Positions 39,298-51,850 of a stretch of DNA of 64,000 bases are shown in pieces; position 1 is the stretch's first letter, and each line of letters begins with the position of its first letter. This DNA is from Octopus vulgaris (Eukaryota): positions 34,782,001-34,846,000 of the forward strand of contig OX597831.1 in assembly GCA_951406725.2 (NCBI GenBank), given 5' to 3'. The position numbers and the translations under genes are program-made. A model generated the notes under the pieces. It worked only from the letters and a program-made list of their open reading frames with translations. It searched no databases and was not told the origin of the DNA.

Positions 39298-40982
39298 AGG
39301 TCTATAAATTAAATGAAAAAAAAACAACAAAAAAACACCCATGCAAATCCTGTACACAGAAGGAACTGAAGGTCCGTATTTGGTTGTTATGTTCCCTGCT
39401 CTACTTTCAAGACAAAAAGGAAAATCTGAAGCCTATGTAGATAAAGATATATGCACACAGGTACATATTTTTTACTTGCTTCATTCATTGGACTGTAGCC
39501 ATGCTGGAGTATCATCTAGAAGAATTCTTAGTCAAATGCATCAACCACAATATTTTTGCTTGTTTATAAGCCTGGTACTCATTCCATCATCTCTATTGCC
39601 AAACCACTAAGTTATGGGGACGTAAACATACCAACACCAGTTGTCACGCAGTGATAAGGGACAGCACCATCAAAATGCAAGACAATGATATTATTCACCA
39701 GTATTTACTTTCACCAGTAAATATGTGATGATCAATGGAATGAAAAAAGTATCAAGTAAAGATTAGTGAAAGAGCAGCCAGCTGTAGAGATAGCTGCTTC
39801 AAAAGATTTGTCTAATCCATGCTAGAATTTAAAAATGGATGTAAAAATAATGATACACACACACACAATAGAGAATGCAAGTTACAAGGTCAGAGTGGAG
39901 ATTATAATTTTCTGTACGTTATCCAAGACGTTACCAAAATGTGAATTACGGTTTAACTTCCAAGATATTTATTTGTATTACTGCTTAACTCCCTACCTTT
40001 AGCATTCAGATTACTGTCAAATGTAATGCTTTTATTCACATTGTTTTCAATTAATCCGGCATTATTTCATGGCTTTGAGACTTCAAAGGTATGATTATTT
40101 GATTTTGAATGACATTGTAGGTAGGTGTAAGAGGCCAGATTTGACCAGTCTGAACACAAAAGAAGAATATTTGGGTCTGATATGGCCAGTTTAAATGCTA
40201 AATGGTTAAAGAAAAGTATGCTTCACCAAATACTATTATGATACTTTTCAGGGAAGGGCTGATAGAGTAACAGTTTTATATCATGGGTTATAATGCAGCC
40301 TATTATTTGACATGGCAATGATATGTTACCAATAAGTGTTATTAAGTGACACAGATCCAATAACTCTTGAATAGCTTCCCATCTTGTGAGGAGAACTACT
40401 GAGCACTCCTCACAGGGCTTTAGTCAAATCCAGAGCCATTGGATTTGAAAGTGAAATATTGAATTAAACAGCAATACACAAGTGTAGAGAAATGTATGGC
40501 TGAGTCTACAGGTTTCTTAAAAACCATCTGAATATTCTGTGGTTCATATATTGTCTACAGGTGGAGTGATATATTCATGGATAAAATATTTAGCTGTCAA
40601 CAGCAAGTTTGTCCATTTCTAAAGGAGCAGCACATAATGTTGTAATTCTCCAATGAAGTGACTCTCATGTAATTAGCATATAATGTTAGCTTGCTCTGCT
40701 GACATCAATTCTCCTGTAATTACAGTTACTCATGACAGTCTGGCTCACTTGCCAGCAGAAAACCTTTCTCCTGATTGCTTGAACTCCATACAAATAAACT
40801 AGAAAGATCACATAGTGGGCAACAGAGGTCTATAAATTAAATGGAAAAAAAAAACAAAAAAAAAAACACCCATGCAAATCCTGTACACAGAAGGAACTGA
40901 AGGTCTGTATTTGGCTGTTACATTCCCTGCTCTACTTTCAAGACAAAAAGGAAAATCTGAAGCCTATGTAAATAAAGATATA
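39298..40982 (+). repeat. ~155-bp direct repeat pair (39298-39452 and 40826-40982)
   Basis: aggtctataaattaaatg...cacccatgcaaatcctgtacacagaaggaactgaagg...gcctatgta.ataaagatata occurs twice with a few substitutions. Confidence 0.95.
39996..40205. mobile_element. Second piggyBac-type MITE family
   Basis: cctttagcatt ... aatgctaaatgg followed by TTAA. Relatives at ~21168-21370 and 23876-24100 (ttaaccctttagcatt). Confidence 0.7.
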
Positions 40983-41290
40983 TAAGAAGACCTGGGAATA
41001 GATTTGCTTTCCCAATGTCACAGCCATGAAACAGAAAATCTGGGCACAAAACACGTAGAAACCTTATTTGCTTTCACTTCCTTTTCTCACCCAGAGAAAG
41101 AAATCCTTTTTCCAAGATGATCCACAAAAATTCCTTTCTCTGTTGCTCACAATTTTTTCCTGCAGATATACTTGATACCATCTCTATCCTTATATTTAGT
41201 GTGTGAGAGCCTTAGAACATCCTTGTCATCACAACTGACATTTCTTCCTTGACCATCATAATAGAAATGAAAAAATCTGGTTTTCTAGCT
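40500..41290 (-). mobile_element. RTE-like LINE endonuclease remnant
   Basis: Decayed blocks resembling K-E-FW-xx-L, HG-x-x-G-x-x-N and TY-x-G...DY-x-L of APE domains. Confidence 0.4.
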
Positions 41291-43230
41291 AGATCTGAAT
41301 GAGATTACACCATAGTAACTGCATCACCAGTGCATTGGGTGCAAAGAAAAAAAAAGAGCCAATAGGCCTACCAAAGCCACATAAACCAAAAACAAAGACT
41401 GAAAAAAGGAAAAATAAAAACTTGTCAACATCAGCTTATGAGACTGTTCTAACACAATCACTAGACACAGATGCATGTGTGTATGTACATGCATGTCAGT
41501 TGTTTCCCAATGTTGGTAAAAATGAGAAAGAATTATCCTGTAGCTAAATTTAGCAGGATATGTCATCAGTCATGACAAGTGTGATGTTTATAATGTAGTG
41601 TATTATTACAAATTTAAAAAGCAATTTCTCTTCAACATGCACCAGATTTTAGCCATACACACAGAGACAAACTCCAACAACATTGACAAGCTGCATAAAT
41701 TTGTAATTCTAGAGAAAAACAACACACCTGTTGCCAATTAGAAAATGATTTTTGAAAATCTTATTTTTCATCTGTAAGTTACAATGCTGGTATTCCTATA
41801 AATAAGAGGGTGTGTACAGACTTCTAAATATAAGGTAAATATAAGATACTGATTTCATTGAAACGGACTGAACAACAGTGGACATATTGAGACTCTAAAA
41901 CAATTCAGATCCACATTTTAAAGTAGTTTTTCAACTTTTACAATAAAATAATTTTTCTAACAGATATAATTGACAAGAGATAGGTGGGATGAAACAGATC
42001 AACACAAGAAGTTGAATGGGACAAATTGACCAGCAAACAATAAAAAGCAAAAAATTGAACCACTGCGATTTGAACTTAAAACACAAACATAACTAAAGGC
42101 AACTTCTATTTTCTGCTTCATCATACCAATTTTGTCAACCATAAGAAGAAACTCCTCTATTGCTCTACCAATTTCACCAGCCACCACAAAGCTTCTTTGC
42201 CATTGCTTTCCCAATCCTACCATCTACCACAAAATTTTTTTACCATCACTACTGATTCTAACAGACAACACAAGGTTTCTCATCAGTTGTTCTGCTAGCC
42301 TCTGTGCTATAATAATAAGTCATAATGGCACAAGGTCATACATTTAAGAGGGCAAATTGATTTTAACACATACCTGATAATAATATTATTAACCCCCAAA
42401 TCCCCATCAGAAGAAGTAATGTTAATCTTAGCAAGATTTGAGTCAAAAACTTAAGACAGGTAAGGCTGTAAAATTAAATTCCATCAGGTATTTTCAACCA
42501 AAGCTCTGCCACTCCACAGTACCTGCATTAATTTTGATTTCAACATAGAACTGAGGCTTGGAATATTTTCCCAAAGAAACCTACATAAATAGCATGTTAT
42601 GAATTTCATACCTTGCTAGTAATATCAGTGAGATAAAGGGAAATACAAAATTGCTAGAACAGGACAATAAGAAGAAAAAAATTTTTTTAAATAAAAACAG
42701 GACGTGGACTTGGCTTGCCAGAGGTTGACCTCTATTTTAATGGTGGTCATATTCCTGATTTCTTCAATACCGACACCAATAACAAACAACCACCACAGAA
42801 GCGAGAATAAAATTCTTTCTGATATTAATTAATTACATAATTTCTAAACATAAAAATTCAATTCATGTGACATCAACAGAAACAAGAATAAGAATCTGAT
42901 AGAGGGGGAGAGGAGGGGAAGGGAGGGGAAGGAGAGATGGGGAGGGAGGGGCGTGGTAGGAAAGAAGAGTCAGCAAAAAGCATACATAATGATACAATCA
43001 AACGTCAAACTTAACACGGAATACATAACACATAGGAAGAGAGAAGAAACATCTCAGAATGCTATGTGACTTTCTGACTATTGCAAAAGGAGGACTACAA
43101 GCTTTTGACGGCTTGACAACACAAAAGCTCAAAGTAGTGATATGTTATGTTGTGTGTGTGTGTGAGAGAGAGAAAGAGAGAGGAAAAGAAAAGACTTGAG
43201 GTAGGCGAAAGAACTAGGGCAGCTGCGGTG

Positions 43231-43507
43231 CATGATGATGATGAGGTTGATGATGATGATGATGATGACTGATGGTAGTGGCGGTTATGATGATGATGAT
43301 GATGATGGCAACGAAGATTGAATGTGGGTGATAAGAAAACGAGGAAAGAAGAGACAGATAGGTATACGGAGTTAGAGGAATATACGAATAGAGGTAAACA
43401 GAGATAGAGAGACAGAGATAGAAAGAGATGGAAAGATAGAATAAGACAAACACACACAGAGATAGATAGATAGAATAAGACAAACACACACAGAGATAGA
43501 TAGATAC

Positions 43508-43556
<49 letters not shown>

Positions 43557-43560
43557 CATC
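43231..43560 (+). repeat. Compound (GAT)n and (GATA)n microsatellites
   Basis: Directly visible. Confidence 0.9.
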
Positions 43561-44059
43561 TAACCCCGACCTCACCTCACCCATTCCCCTAAACAAAATA
43601 CAATAAATAAGATGAACAGGGAGATATACACCAGAAGACCAAATACCAACACATTTACCAAAAAATGTCTATTTTATTATTATAAACAATAAAACCACTG
43701 GAAAATCTATTTGTCAGAAGAAACCATTTGAAGTGATTAAATTTCAACAAAGATAATTTCTTCCGTTCACACACACACACACACACACACACACTTCGCG
43801 TTTATAATATAAATAAACGAAGCGAAATGAGACTGGGTGACGTTCATGCATTTCTCAAGGACACTGAGACATATCAGCGGGTGCTAGTGTAACAACTACA
43901 ACAACAAAAAACTACAGCAACAACAACTACGACGACAACAACAACCACAACACCACCACCACAGATCTTTATCGATAGATATTTCCTCTATTTTCATTTC
44001 GTTTCATTTCATTTATTCTTTCATTTATTTATTTATTTATTCTGTAGTTTTCTTTTCAC

Positions 44060-44400
44060 CGAACAAAAGGACGTTGCTTGCATGTGACAAGCTAGCGCCG
44101 CCGCCGCCGCCACTGCCTCCACCACCACCTTCGCCGCCGCCGACGTTAGCAGCCGCCGCCGCAACCATCTCCTTCAGCCATAACCACCGTCACCACAACC
44201 ACCACTACTACTATTACTATTACTTCTACTACCATTACAACTACTACCACCACCACCACCATCATCATCAACATTACAAGCACCGACTGCTTTTAAATCG
44301 GATGGTGGTGGTAACGTGGATGGCGGTAGTAGCGGTGGTTGTTGAAGTATTGGTGAGAGAAAGACGAAGGGTGTGTACGTGAGAGAGAGAGAGAGCATTC
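44060..44400 (-). other. Candidate alternative first exon / internal CpG-rich promoter of the minus-strand gene
   Basis: Local CpG- and GGC-repeat-rich island. ATG at 44168 reads MVAAAAANVGGGEGGGGGSGGGGGASLSHASNVLLF to a weak donor TCG|GTGAAA (phase 1); unspliced it stops at 44037 (43 aa). Confidence 0.35.
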
Positions 44401-44624
44401 AATAACATTACAATCGAGCGATTGTAGCCAGCTTTGGAATTGTAGAATTAAAATAATTAAGAACACGAATCAGTAAGATAAATAGAATAAGATATTGAAA
44501 ATAATAATAATAATAATTCTGTAATAAAATGTGAGTTTCTCTTTCACACACTCCCTACATCTCTTCACCCTTCTCCATCCCACTTCATTATCATTTACCG
44601 CTTCTGATCGTCTTCAAGAAAGCT

Positions 44625-44626
44625 TT

Positions 44627-44676
<50 letters not shown>

Positions 44677-45419
44677 GTATTTATGTATGTATGTATGTGT
44701 GTAAGTATACACACACGTGTGTGAATATACGTATAAACGTACGTAAACAAAGGTATATATATATATACATCCAAATCTACACATAGATCTTATATATATA
44801 TATATATGTGTGTATATATATATATATAATGTGTGTGTGTATACACATACATACACACATATAAGCACACACATATATACATATGCACACATACGTACGC
44901 ATTGTACACAAAGGAACACACACACATAAGGTGCAGGCGTACTGTGTTTAAGAAGCTTACTTCCTAACCATGTGGTCTTTGGTCGAGCCCCACTACATGG
45001 CACCTTGGGCAAGAGTCTACTAAAGCCCCGGGCCAATTAAATCCTTGTGAATAGATCTAGTAGATGGAAACCGAAAGCCGCGTGTGTATATGTATACCCT
45101 TGTCTTGACATCACATGATGGTTTGTAAATGAGCATCACCATCATACAAGCGATGTTGTTCGTTTCCAGTCTTCCATGTAAAACATGTCTGGCTACGGAG
45201 AAATATTGACTTGCTTGAAAACAGGTGTGTGTCAGCGACAGGGTGGGCATCCAGTAGTGGAAAATCTGCCTCGACAAATTCTATCAGACCCTCGCGTGGA
45301 ATTTAAACAATAGTGATTCATATTGTGTGTGTGTGTGTACGTGCAAGGTGATAATATTCCTTATGGCCTGACTCGAAACTTTAGCCACTGCTGAGTTGTG
45401 CATAAAACACACACAAACA

Positions 45420-45488
<69 letters not shown>

Positions 45489-45610
45489 GTATGTGTGTGT
45501 GTGTGCACATAAATACACAAAGATATACGCATAAAAATACACACGCACGCATATATAAACACAAGCATACCTATATACACACACACACAAAGCATACATA
45601 TACACGCACA
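44625..45610 (+). repeat. (TA)n/(TG)n/(CA)n microsatellite fields flanking a SINE
   Basis: Includes a pure (AT)n of ~64 nt at 45423-45486. Similar fields at 51560-52300 and 56540-57150. Confidence 0.9.
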
Positions 45611-46394
45611 AGCATTCATACACACACATCCATCACTTTAACGTTCACTTTTCCAAGTTTGCATGGGTCAGATGGAGTTTGTCGAAGCAGTTTTACTACG
45701 GCCAGATGTCCTCTCTCTTATCTCCAAGCACGGTAATATTTTCCTATAGCCAAACAGGTCTGGCCACAGGAAAATGAATGACACAGCTAATGAGTGACAC
45801 TCGTTTACAACTTATTTCTTTAATACCCACATTTACAACTATCGCACTATGTCAAAGCAAAGAGAGACAAACGTGTGCGCACACACATCTGGTTTCTTTG
45901 AGGTTTTGTTTAATGAAACCATTCACAAGGATTTGGTTGGCCCCAGGTTTTAGTAGGAGATACTTGCCCAAAATCATCTAGTTAGAACGCAAACTACAAC
46001 ACACAACTACACCTTCACAATGTACCGTTTGTGAGTATGCATTACTGTTCCCATGCCTTGACTTTGGGCGATACTTGTAAATAGGAGCAAATATTTGGTG
46101 AGTGTGATACAAAGCCCAAAATCTAGTTATATAAGAGAATATGAATTGTACATTAAAATAGGTATTGAATACTTTTTTTTGGACAGTGTTTTTAGTTATA
46201 TAACTAAGAAGCTCAGGAGACATATATCAACAGATAGACAGGTAGGCATATATCTCAAGAAACTGACAGGTGGGTAGATGCACAGATCAACAGGTGGGCA
46301 GGTATACTAACAGGCAGGTGAATGTACTAACAGAGGGGCAGAAGTACTACATATCTAGAAACAGATAAATATATACACACACACACACATGGTG

Positions 46395-47780
46395 GATAGA
46401 GATAGAGATAGAGAAAATAGAGATAGAAATGGAAATGGAGAGTTGTCTATTAGAGACAGTCAGATAGATTGACAGATGGAGATACATAGAGAGAGAGATT
46501 GAGATATATACATATCATCGTTTAACGTCCATTTTCCATGCTAGCATGGGTTGGACGATCTAGCATGGGTTTATAAATGGAAATACAGATAGAGGTAATT
46601 GACAGAGCAAATAGACAGATAGGTAGATGGAAATACAGGTTGAGATAGGTAAATATGGATTGATAGATGTAAATGGAAATATAGGGAGAGAGCGATACAA
46701 AGAGGGAGGGAGAGAGACGTGGTGAGAGATATAGAGTGGGGGAGAGAGACAGAGATATAAAGAGAGATAGAGAGACAGACGTAGAGAGATAGAGAGAGAC
46801 ACGTAGAGAGATAGAGAGACAGATGGATAGAGATAGAGAGACAGACGGATAGAGATACAGACGGAGAGAGATAGAGGGACAGACGGAGAGACAGAGAGAG
46901 AAGAATGAGAGACAGAGAGAAGAATGAGAGACACAGACAGAGAGAGAAAGAGAGACAAACAGATAGACAGAGAGCGAGGGAGAGAAAAAGCGAGAGAGAC
47001 AGAGAGGGAGATGGAGATAGAGAGATAGCGATAGAGAGAGAGATAAATAGGTAGAGATAGATAGATAGATAGATAGAGATAGATAGATAGAGAGATGGAG
47101 AGATAGAGATAGATAGATAGATGGAGAGATAGAGATAGATAGATTGATAGAGATAGATAGATAGATAGATAGAGATAGACAGGGAGATAGATAGAGAGAG
47201 AGAGAGATAAAAATAGAGAGATATAGGTGGATAGATGATAGAGATAGATAGACAGAGATAGAGAGAGAGGCAGAGATAGAGACATGCAGGGTGACAGAAT
47301 GATAAAGATAGAGATAGAGGGAGAGATATAGAGAGGTAGGTAGATAGCTTGGTATGTAGGTAGAGTGGTAGGTGTGTAGGTAGGTAGGTATGTAGATAGA
47401 TAGATAGATAGATAGACAAGTATACAGATAGGCAGGTAAACAGAAAGGTGGTAAATAGAAATGCACGTAAACAGAAAGGCAGATAAATAGACAGGCAGAC
47501 AGACAGACAGACAGATAGATAGATAGACAGATATTCAGACAAGCAGACAGATAGATAGATATACAGACAGGCAGACAGACAGATAAATAGACAGGAAGAT
47601 ATGTAGATAGATAGGCAGGAAGATAAACAGACAGATAGGCAGACAGGCAGATAAACAAATAGAAAGGTAGGCAGGCAGATAGATAGATAGGTAGGCAGAT
47701 AAATAAATAGAAAGGTAGGCAGATAAATAGATAGATAGGCAGATAGACAGTCAGAGAGACAGACAAAGATTTATTGGCAG
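46395..47780 (+). repeat. ~1.4-kb compound purine-rich microsatellite (GA/GATA/GACA/GGCA)n
   Basis: Directly visible. It produces the spurious 414-, 323- and 241-aa minus-strand ORFs. Confidence 0.95.
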
Positions 47781-47786
47781 ACAGAT

Positions 47787-47962
47787 GTATAGGCGGTCAG
47801 TTGTATAGGCGGACAGATGTATAGGCGGTCAGTTGTATAGGCGGACAGATGTATAGGTGGACAGATGTATAGGCGGACAGATGTATAGGCGGACAGATGT
47901 ATAGGCGGACAGATGTATAGGCGGACAGATATATAGGTGGATAGATGTATAAGTGGATAGAA
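47787..47962 (+). repeat. Minisatellite, 11 x 16 bp (GTATAGGCGGACAGAT)
   Basis: Units start every 16 nt from 47787 to 47947; variants gtataggcggtcagtt and gtataggtggacagat. Confidence 0.95.
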
Positions 47963-48677
47963 TTGTGATGTAGGGAGATGTATAAGAATAGGTATAGACA
48001 GATATAGTATCAAGGAAAAATTACACAGCCAAAGAGGCGTAAATAGAGAGGCACACAGACACATTCACAAACATAAATACATATAGACAGACACAAACAC
48101 ATATATACACACTGACTACAGGTAGACAGTGATACAGATAAATAAGACATACATACATAGTCTTCCATAATGACTTTATTTACTATTAAATATCTCAGTG
48201 TTTGTGTGAGGAAGGGTGAGAGTGTCTTTAAACAGTCCAGATTACGAAATTCTCGAGAAACGGATGAAGGTGGGAATGAGGTAAGGAAAACCATGCAAGG
48301 AGAATTTTGCAAGATGGAAATTTAATATCTACGAACCAAAGTAAAACTAGTAATGTAAATGTGATGGTGAGGGTAGGTTCTTTAGTAAGTAGACATTGGT
48401 TAGTTTGGCAGGTAGTAAGAACATTAAGATGTGTGTGTGTATATATATATATATATATACAATGCTGGGGAGAGAGAGACAATAAAAAAACAGATTGCTA
48501 TAGAGAGAGACACACAAGACATATAGAGAGATATTAGTGACAGATGTGGGTGTATATGTGCTTGCATAAAGACACATATACCTCAAGATATGTAAAGATG
48601 ATGTAGATAGCTTTCATAATTAATAAACAGACAGGTAGATATAGTGATAAGCACTCACACAGGTGTGTGAGCTTCTT

Positions 48678-48708
<31 letters not shown>

Positions 48709-48849
48709 AATGACATATAAACTGATATATAGACACAAGACTGGCTGATATATAAATGCGTGAGTTTATGTGTATAGGCAATATGTATTTATGGCTTTTA
48801 TCTATGTCAGAGCAACAGGAAAAGAGCATGGCAACACCCTTCCCAGTTG

Positions 48850-49045
48850 TTGTTTAGCCCTTGGTCAATCATAATGATAGCCAAAACCAGCTGTGATTAT
48901 AATGTCTTTTAAAGGATACCTACATTATCAACTTCTTCCCACCCCAACCTGCTTTGTCTTGCTTGTTTTAAGACAGCAGATAGTTTATCTGAGGGAGATC
49001 TGGTTGCTTTTTTTCTAGCAGACAGAGTGACCACATAGATTCCCT
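48850..49045 (+). repeat. Unclassified ~200-bp interspersed repeat (family E)
   Basis: ttgtttagccc...ggtca...ctacattatc...tttaagac...tgagggagat.tgg.tgct.tttctagcag. Recognisable copies at ~4795-5010, 50930-51100, 51350-51450 and 58950-59120 (+), and ~5680-5840, 16335-16505, 31630-31790, 32820-32995 and 55100-55520 (-). Confidence 0.65.
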
Positions 49046-49197
49046 CATTAATGCAATCCTTCCTAGTTCTTCACAAATACTTACAGATAAAAGAAAAAGT
49101 ACCGGAAAGAAACACTATTACACTCAACAGGCACACTCACTGTTGATGTTTGTTCTGTCATCTTTGTACATGACACCTAACCAAGACAGCATTTTAA

Positions 49198-49415
49198 CCC
49201 TTTTGTTACCAACCTGGCTGAAACCGGCTCTGACTGAGTACAAATGTCTTGTTTTCATAAGTTTTGAATTAAAATCTTCCACCAAACCTTAGTCACAATT
49301 TATGTTCCTAACACTAGCTGAATGATAACTAAGTTATTTTACTAAATTATTTGTTATATTTAAAGTAATTAAAAGAAACACAGAGCATCTCAAAATAAAT
49401 ACAGTAACAAAAGGG
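49198..49415. mobile_element. piggyBac-type MITE, 218 bp
   Basis: Perfect 12-bp TIR cccttttgttac / gtaacaaaaggg with TTAA on both sides. Degenerate relatives at ~13654-13892, 21815-21970, 30910-31160 and 35645-35884. Confidence 0.85.
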
Positions 49416-51224
49416 TTAACCAAAAAGTCAGAAATCATTTTTTTTTTAAAGGTTAGGTCCATTTTCCTTACAGAAGTGTTAAACTACGTAATACTTTTAT
49501 TTTCCTTCTTATTATATTTAGTTAGAAAAAATAGAAATTTCCATGATGGTTTCTAGATTAGTGAGAATGATGGCCAGCAGGAGCACATGCAGAAAAAAAA
49601 GTGAGGATGGAACTAAAGCTATAAGAGTATCAAATTACTGGATAGATAGATAAATTATATACATGCTTGGTACTGACTGATTCCAGCAGAATGGAAAAGG
49701 CAGTGGACTTTGGTGGGGTCAGAATTCAGAAAGCATCGAGAACAAGCCAAAATTCTTCCATTAGGCATTTAAGAATGACATTCAGGTGTTTCTGTAATCC
49801 ATCATCAGAAAAGTTAAGAATCCTGTCATTTCTTAAAAGCAATATTGTGCTGCAACACTTACTGATAATTAGAAAGATAATTATCAACTTAAATGAAATG
49901 TCTTCCTCCCGCCAGAAATCAAAACCACACCATGAAACCAATTAGCTGAAAATTTCACAATGTATTCTTATGAAAAACAAAGTTAATCTTGCTGAGGTAA
50001 AAACTTTGTCTTTTGTCCTTCTATGGGGGTCGATATAACTTTCTGTCTATGCAAAAAAATTTTATTTTATTTTATTTTTTCTTTACATGTCTTCACTTAA
50101 ATTAGTTTCAACTTAAAATTGAAACAGTCACATCACAACAACTACCTGCTGAAATTGGTTCTTTAAAGTGAAGGAAACAGCAAACGAGATTGTGTGATGG
50201 TCATTCTTGTTCATAAGATGAAGTGCAAAAGTATGTTTTGAGAAAGAGAGAGACTGCATACAATCAGCCAAATGGTTAGAACCTGTTGTTGAGCTCCAGG
50301 TCAGAGCTGATGGAATAAGAGCTTTGCTCAAAAGTATTCTGGCAGTAAATGTCATCTTGTGTGTGTGTCATATTGCATTGTGGAAGATTACAACTACGTA
50401 TTAGCAAACGTGTCCTTTTTGAAAACGAAAATTAACTGTGAAACGAAAACCAGCTGATTGCTATTTCTAGTAGATTGAGAAACCCTTGCATAGACGCTCC
50501 TTCATTGGCACAAACTGACCTGATGTATTTTTTGAAATTGTCCAAATGATCTTGTGGGTGGGATGAGTGAAAACACTGAGCAACAAAGCCTTAGGCATGT
50601 ATAGTACGAAGGCTAACCCTAGAAAGCAATGATGTCCATGACTTCCTAACATGTTTAGTGATGACATCCATAATATTAATGGAAGAGATGAATGACACAA
50701 ACATGGAAAAAGGGACAAATTAAACAAGTATCAGTACACTATACAAGAAAGGGCAAACAATACCAGTTGTATACCAAGCCAACACTGAACTAGAAAATAT
50801 TCTAAACATGGTCAGCCTGTCATCATTTTAGAGGTTTTGTAGCACTACATAAAATGCTAGGGTATGAATAATGTAATTAAAACTAACCTAAGTTGGGTAC
50901 ATTCGCTAACTTAGTGTTATTACTACTATTATTAACCCCCAGGTGAGCTTTCGTTGTGCAAGCCTATCATCAAATATGTATCAGTCGCAACCAACTCGTA
51001 CCGAAAACTACATTATCCAAAGAAGACGACAGAGTATGATACGAGGAGGTTGATTTTCGTCGCTATGTCTAGCAGCTCGAGCAATCGCAGACAAGCTCCC
51101 TCGTCGGTTCAGAGTGTTTTGGTGCTGTTGTTTAAACCGAGGTCATTCACCCTGGTCCAAGAAAACTTGGATCAAAGACGTACCTGGCTCAGAACAAAGT
51201 CGTTCTAATGTAGTCCAAGATAGA

Positions 51225-51348
51225 TAGATAGAGAGAGATATAGAGATAGAGAGACACGCAGGGTGACCTACCTCTCTATATCTCTCCCTCTATCTTTATC
51301 ATTCTGTCACCCTGCGTGTCTCTCTATCTCTATATATCTCTCTATCTA
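51225..51348. repeat. Inverted repeat: 43-bp arms with one mismatch, 38-nt loop
   Basis: 51225-51267 is the reverse complement of 51306-51348. Confidence 0.95.
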
Positions 51349-51811
51349 CGACTACTTTATCTCGTGTATTTTCTTTGCCTTTTTTCTATAAGCCGGTAGG
51401 ATGTGATTTGAAGAGAAAATTGAGAATTTAGCTGTTATTTCTAGCTAGGAGAACAACTTCAAGCATCTCTCGTTGACTGATAATAACAATAATAAAAAAA
51501 AAAAAACAGAACGACACCAGTTGTCACAGCAGGTTTCACACAACATTAAATGTGCATGATCGCGTGTGCGTGCACATACACACCACACACACGTGTGTGT
51601 GTGTGTATGTATGTATGTGTGTGTGTGTGTGTGTGGCTGAAACCATAGACACGCTACCAGCGTGAACGGGTTTGTGAAATAAAGCCAATACAAGCGGCTG
51701 ATCGACCGTTTAGTGCCTCTTGTCTTTCTGTAAACAAATAACTAAATATAGAATTTAAAGCACACACACACACACATACATACATACATACACGTGTGTG
51801 TTAGTGTGTGT

Positions 51812-51850
<39 letters not shown>

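Noticed and set aside
39298-40982. LTR retroelement or TRIM bounded by the 155-bp repeats
   Set aside because: No TG...CA termini, PBS, PPT or TSD; the interior consists of unrelated SINE, MITE and LINE fragments.
44074-44382. Plus-strand poly-P/A/H/Y ORF as a transcription factor exon
   Set aside because: Built entirely of trinucleotide repeats, with a non-ATG start and no domain.
46522-47766. 414-aa ORF and overlapping 241- and 323-aa ORFs
   Set aside because: Translation of a (TC/TATC) microsatellite that lacks stops on that strand; low-complexity S/L/I/Y peptide.
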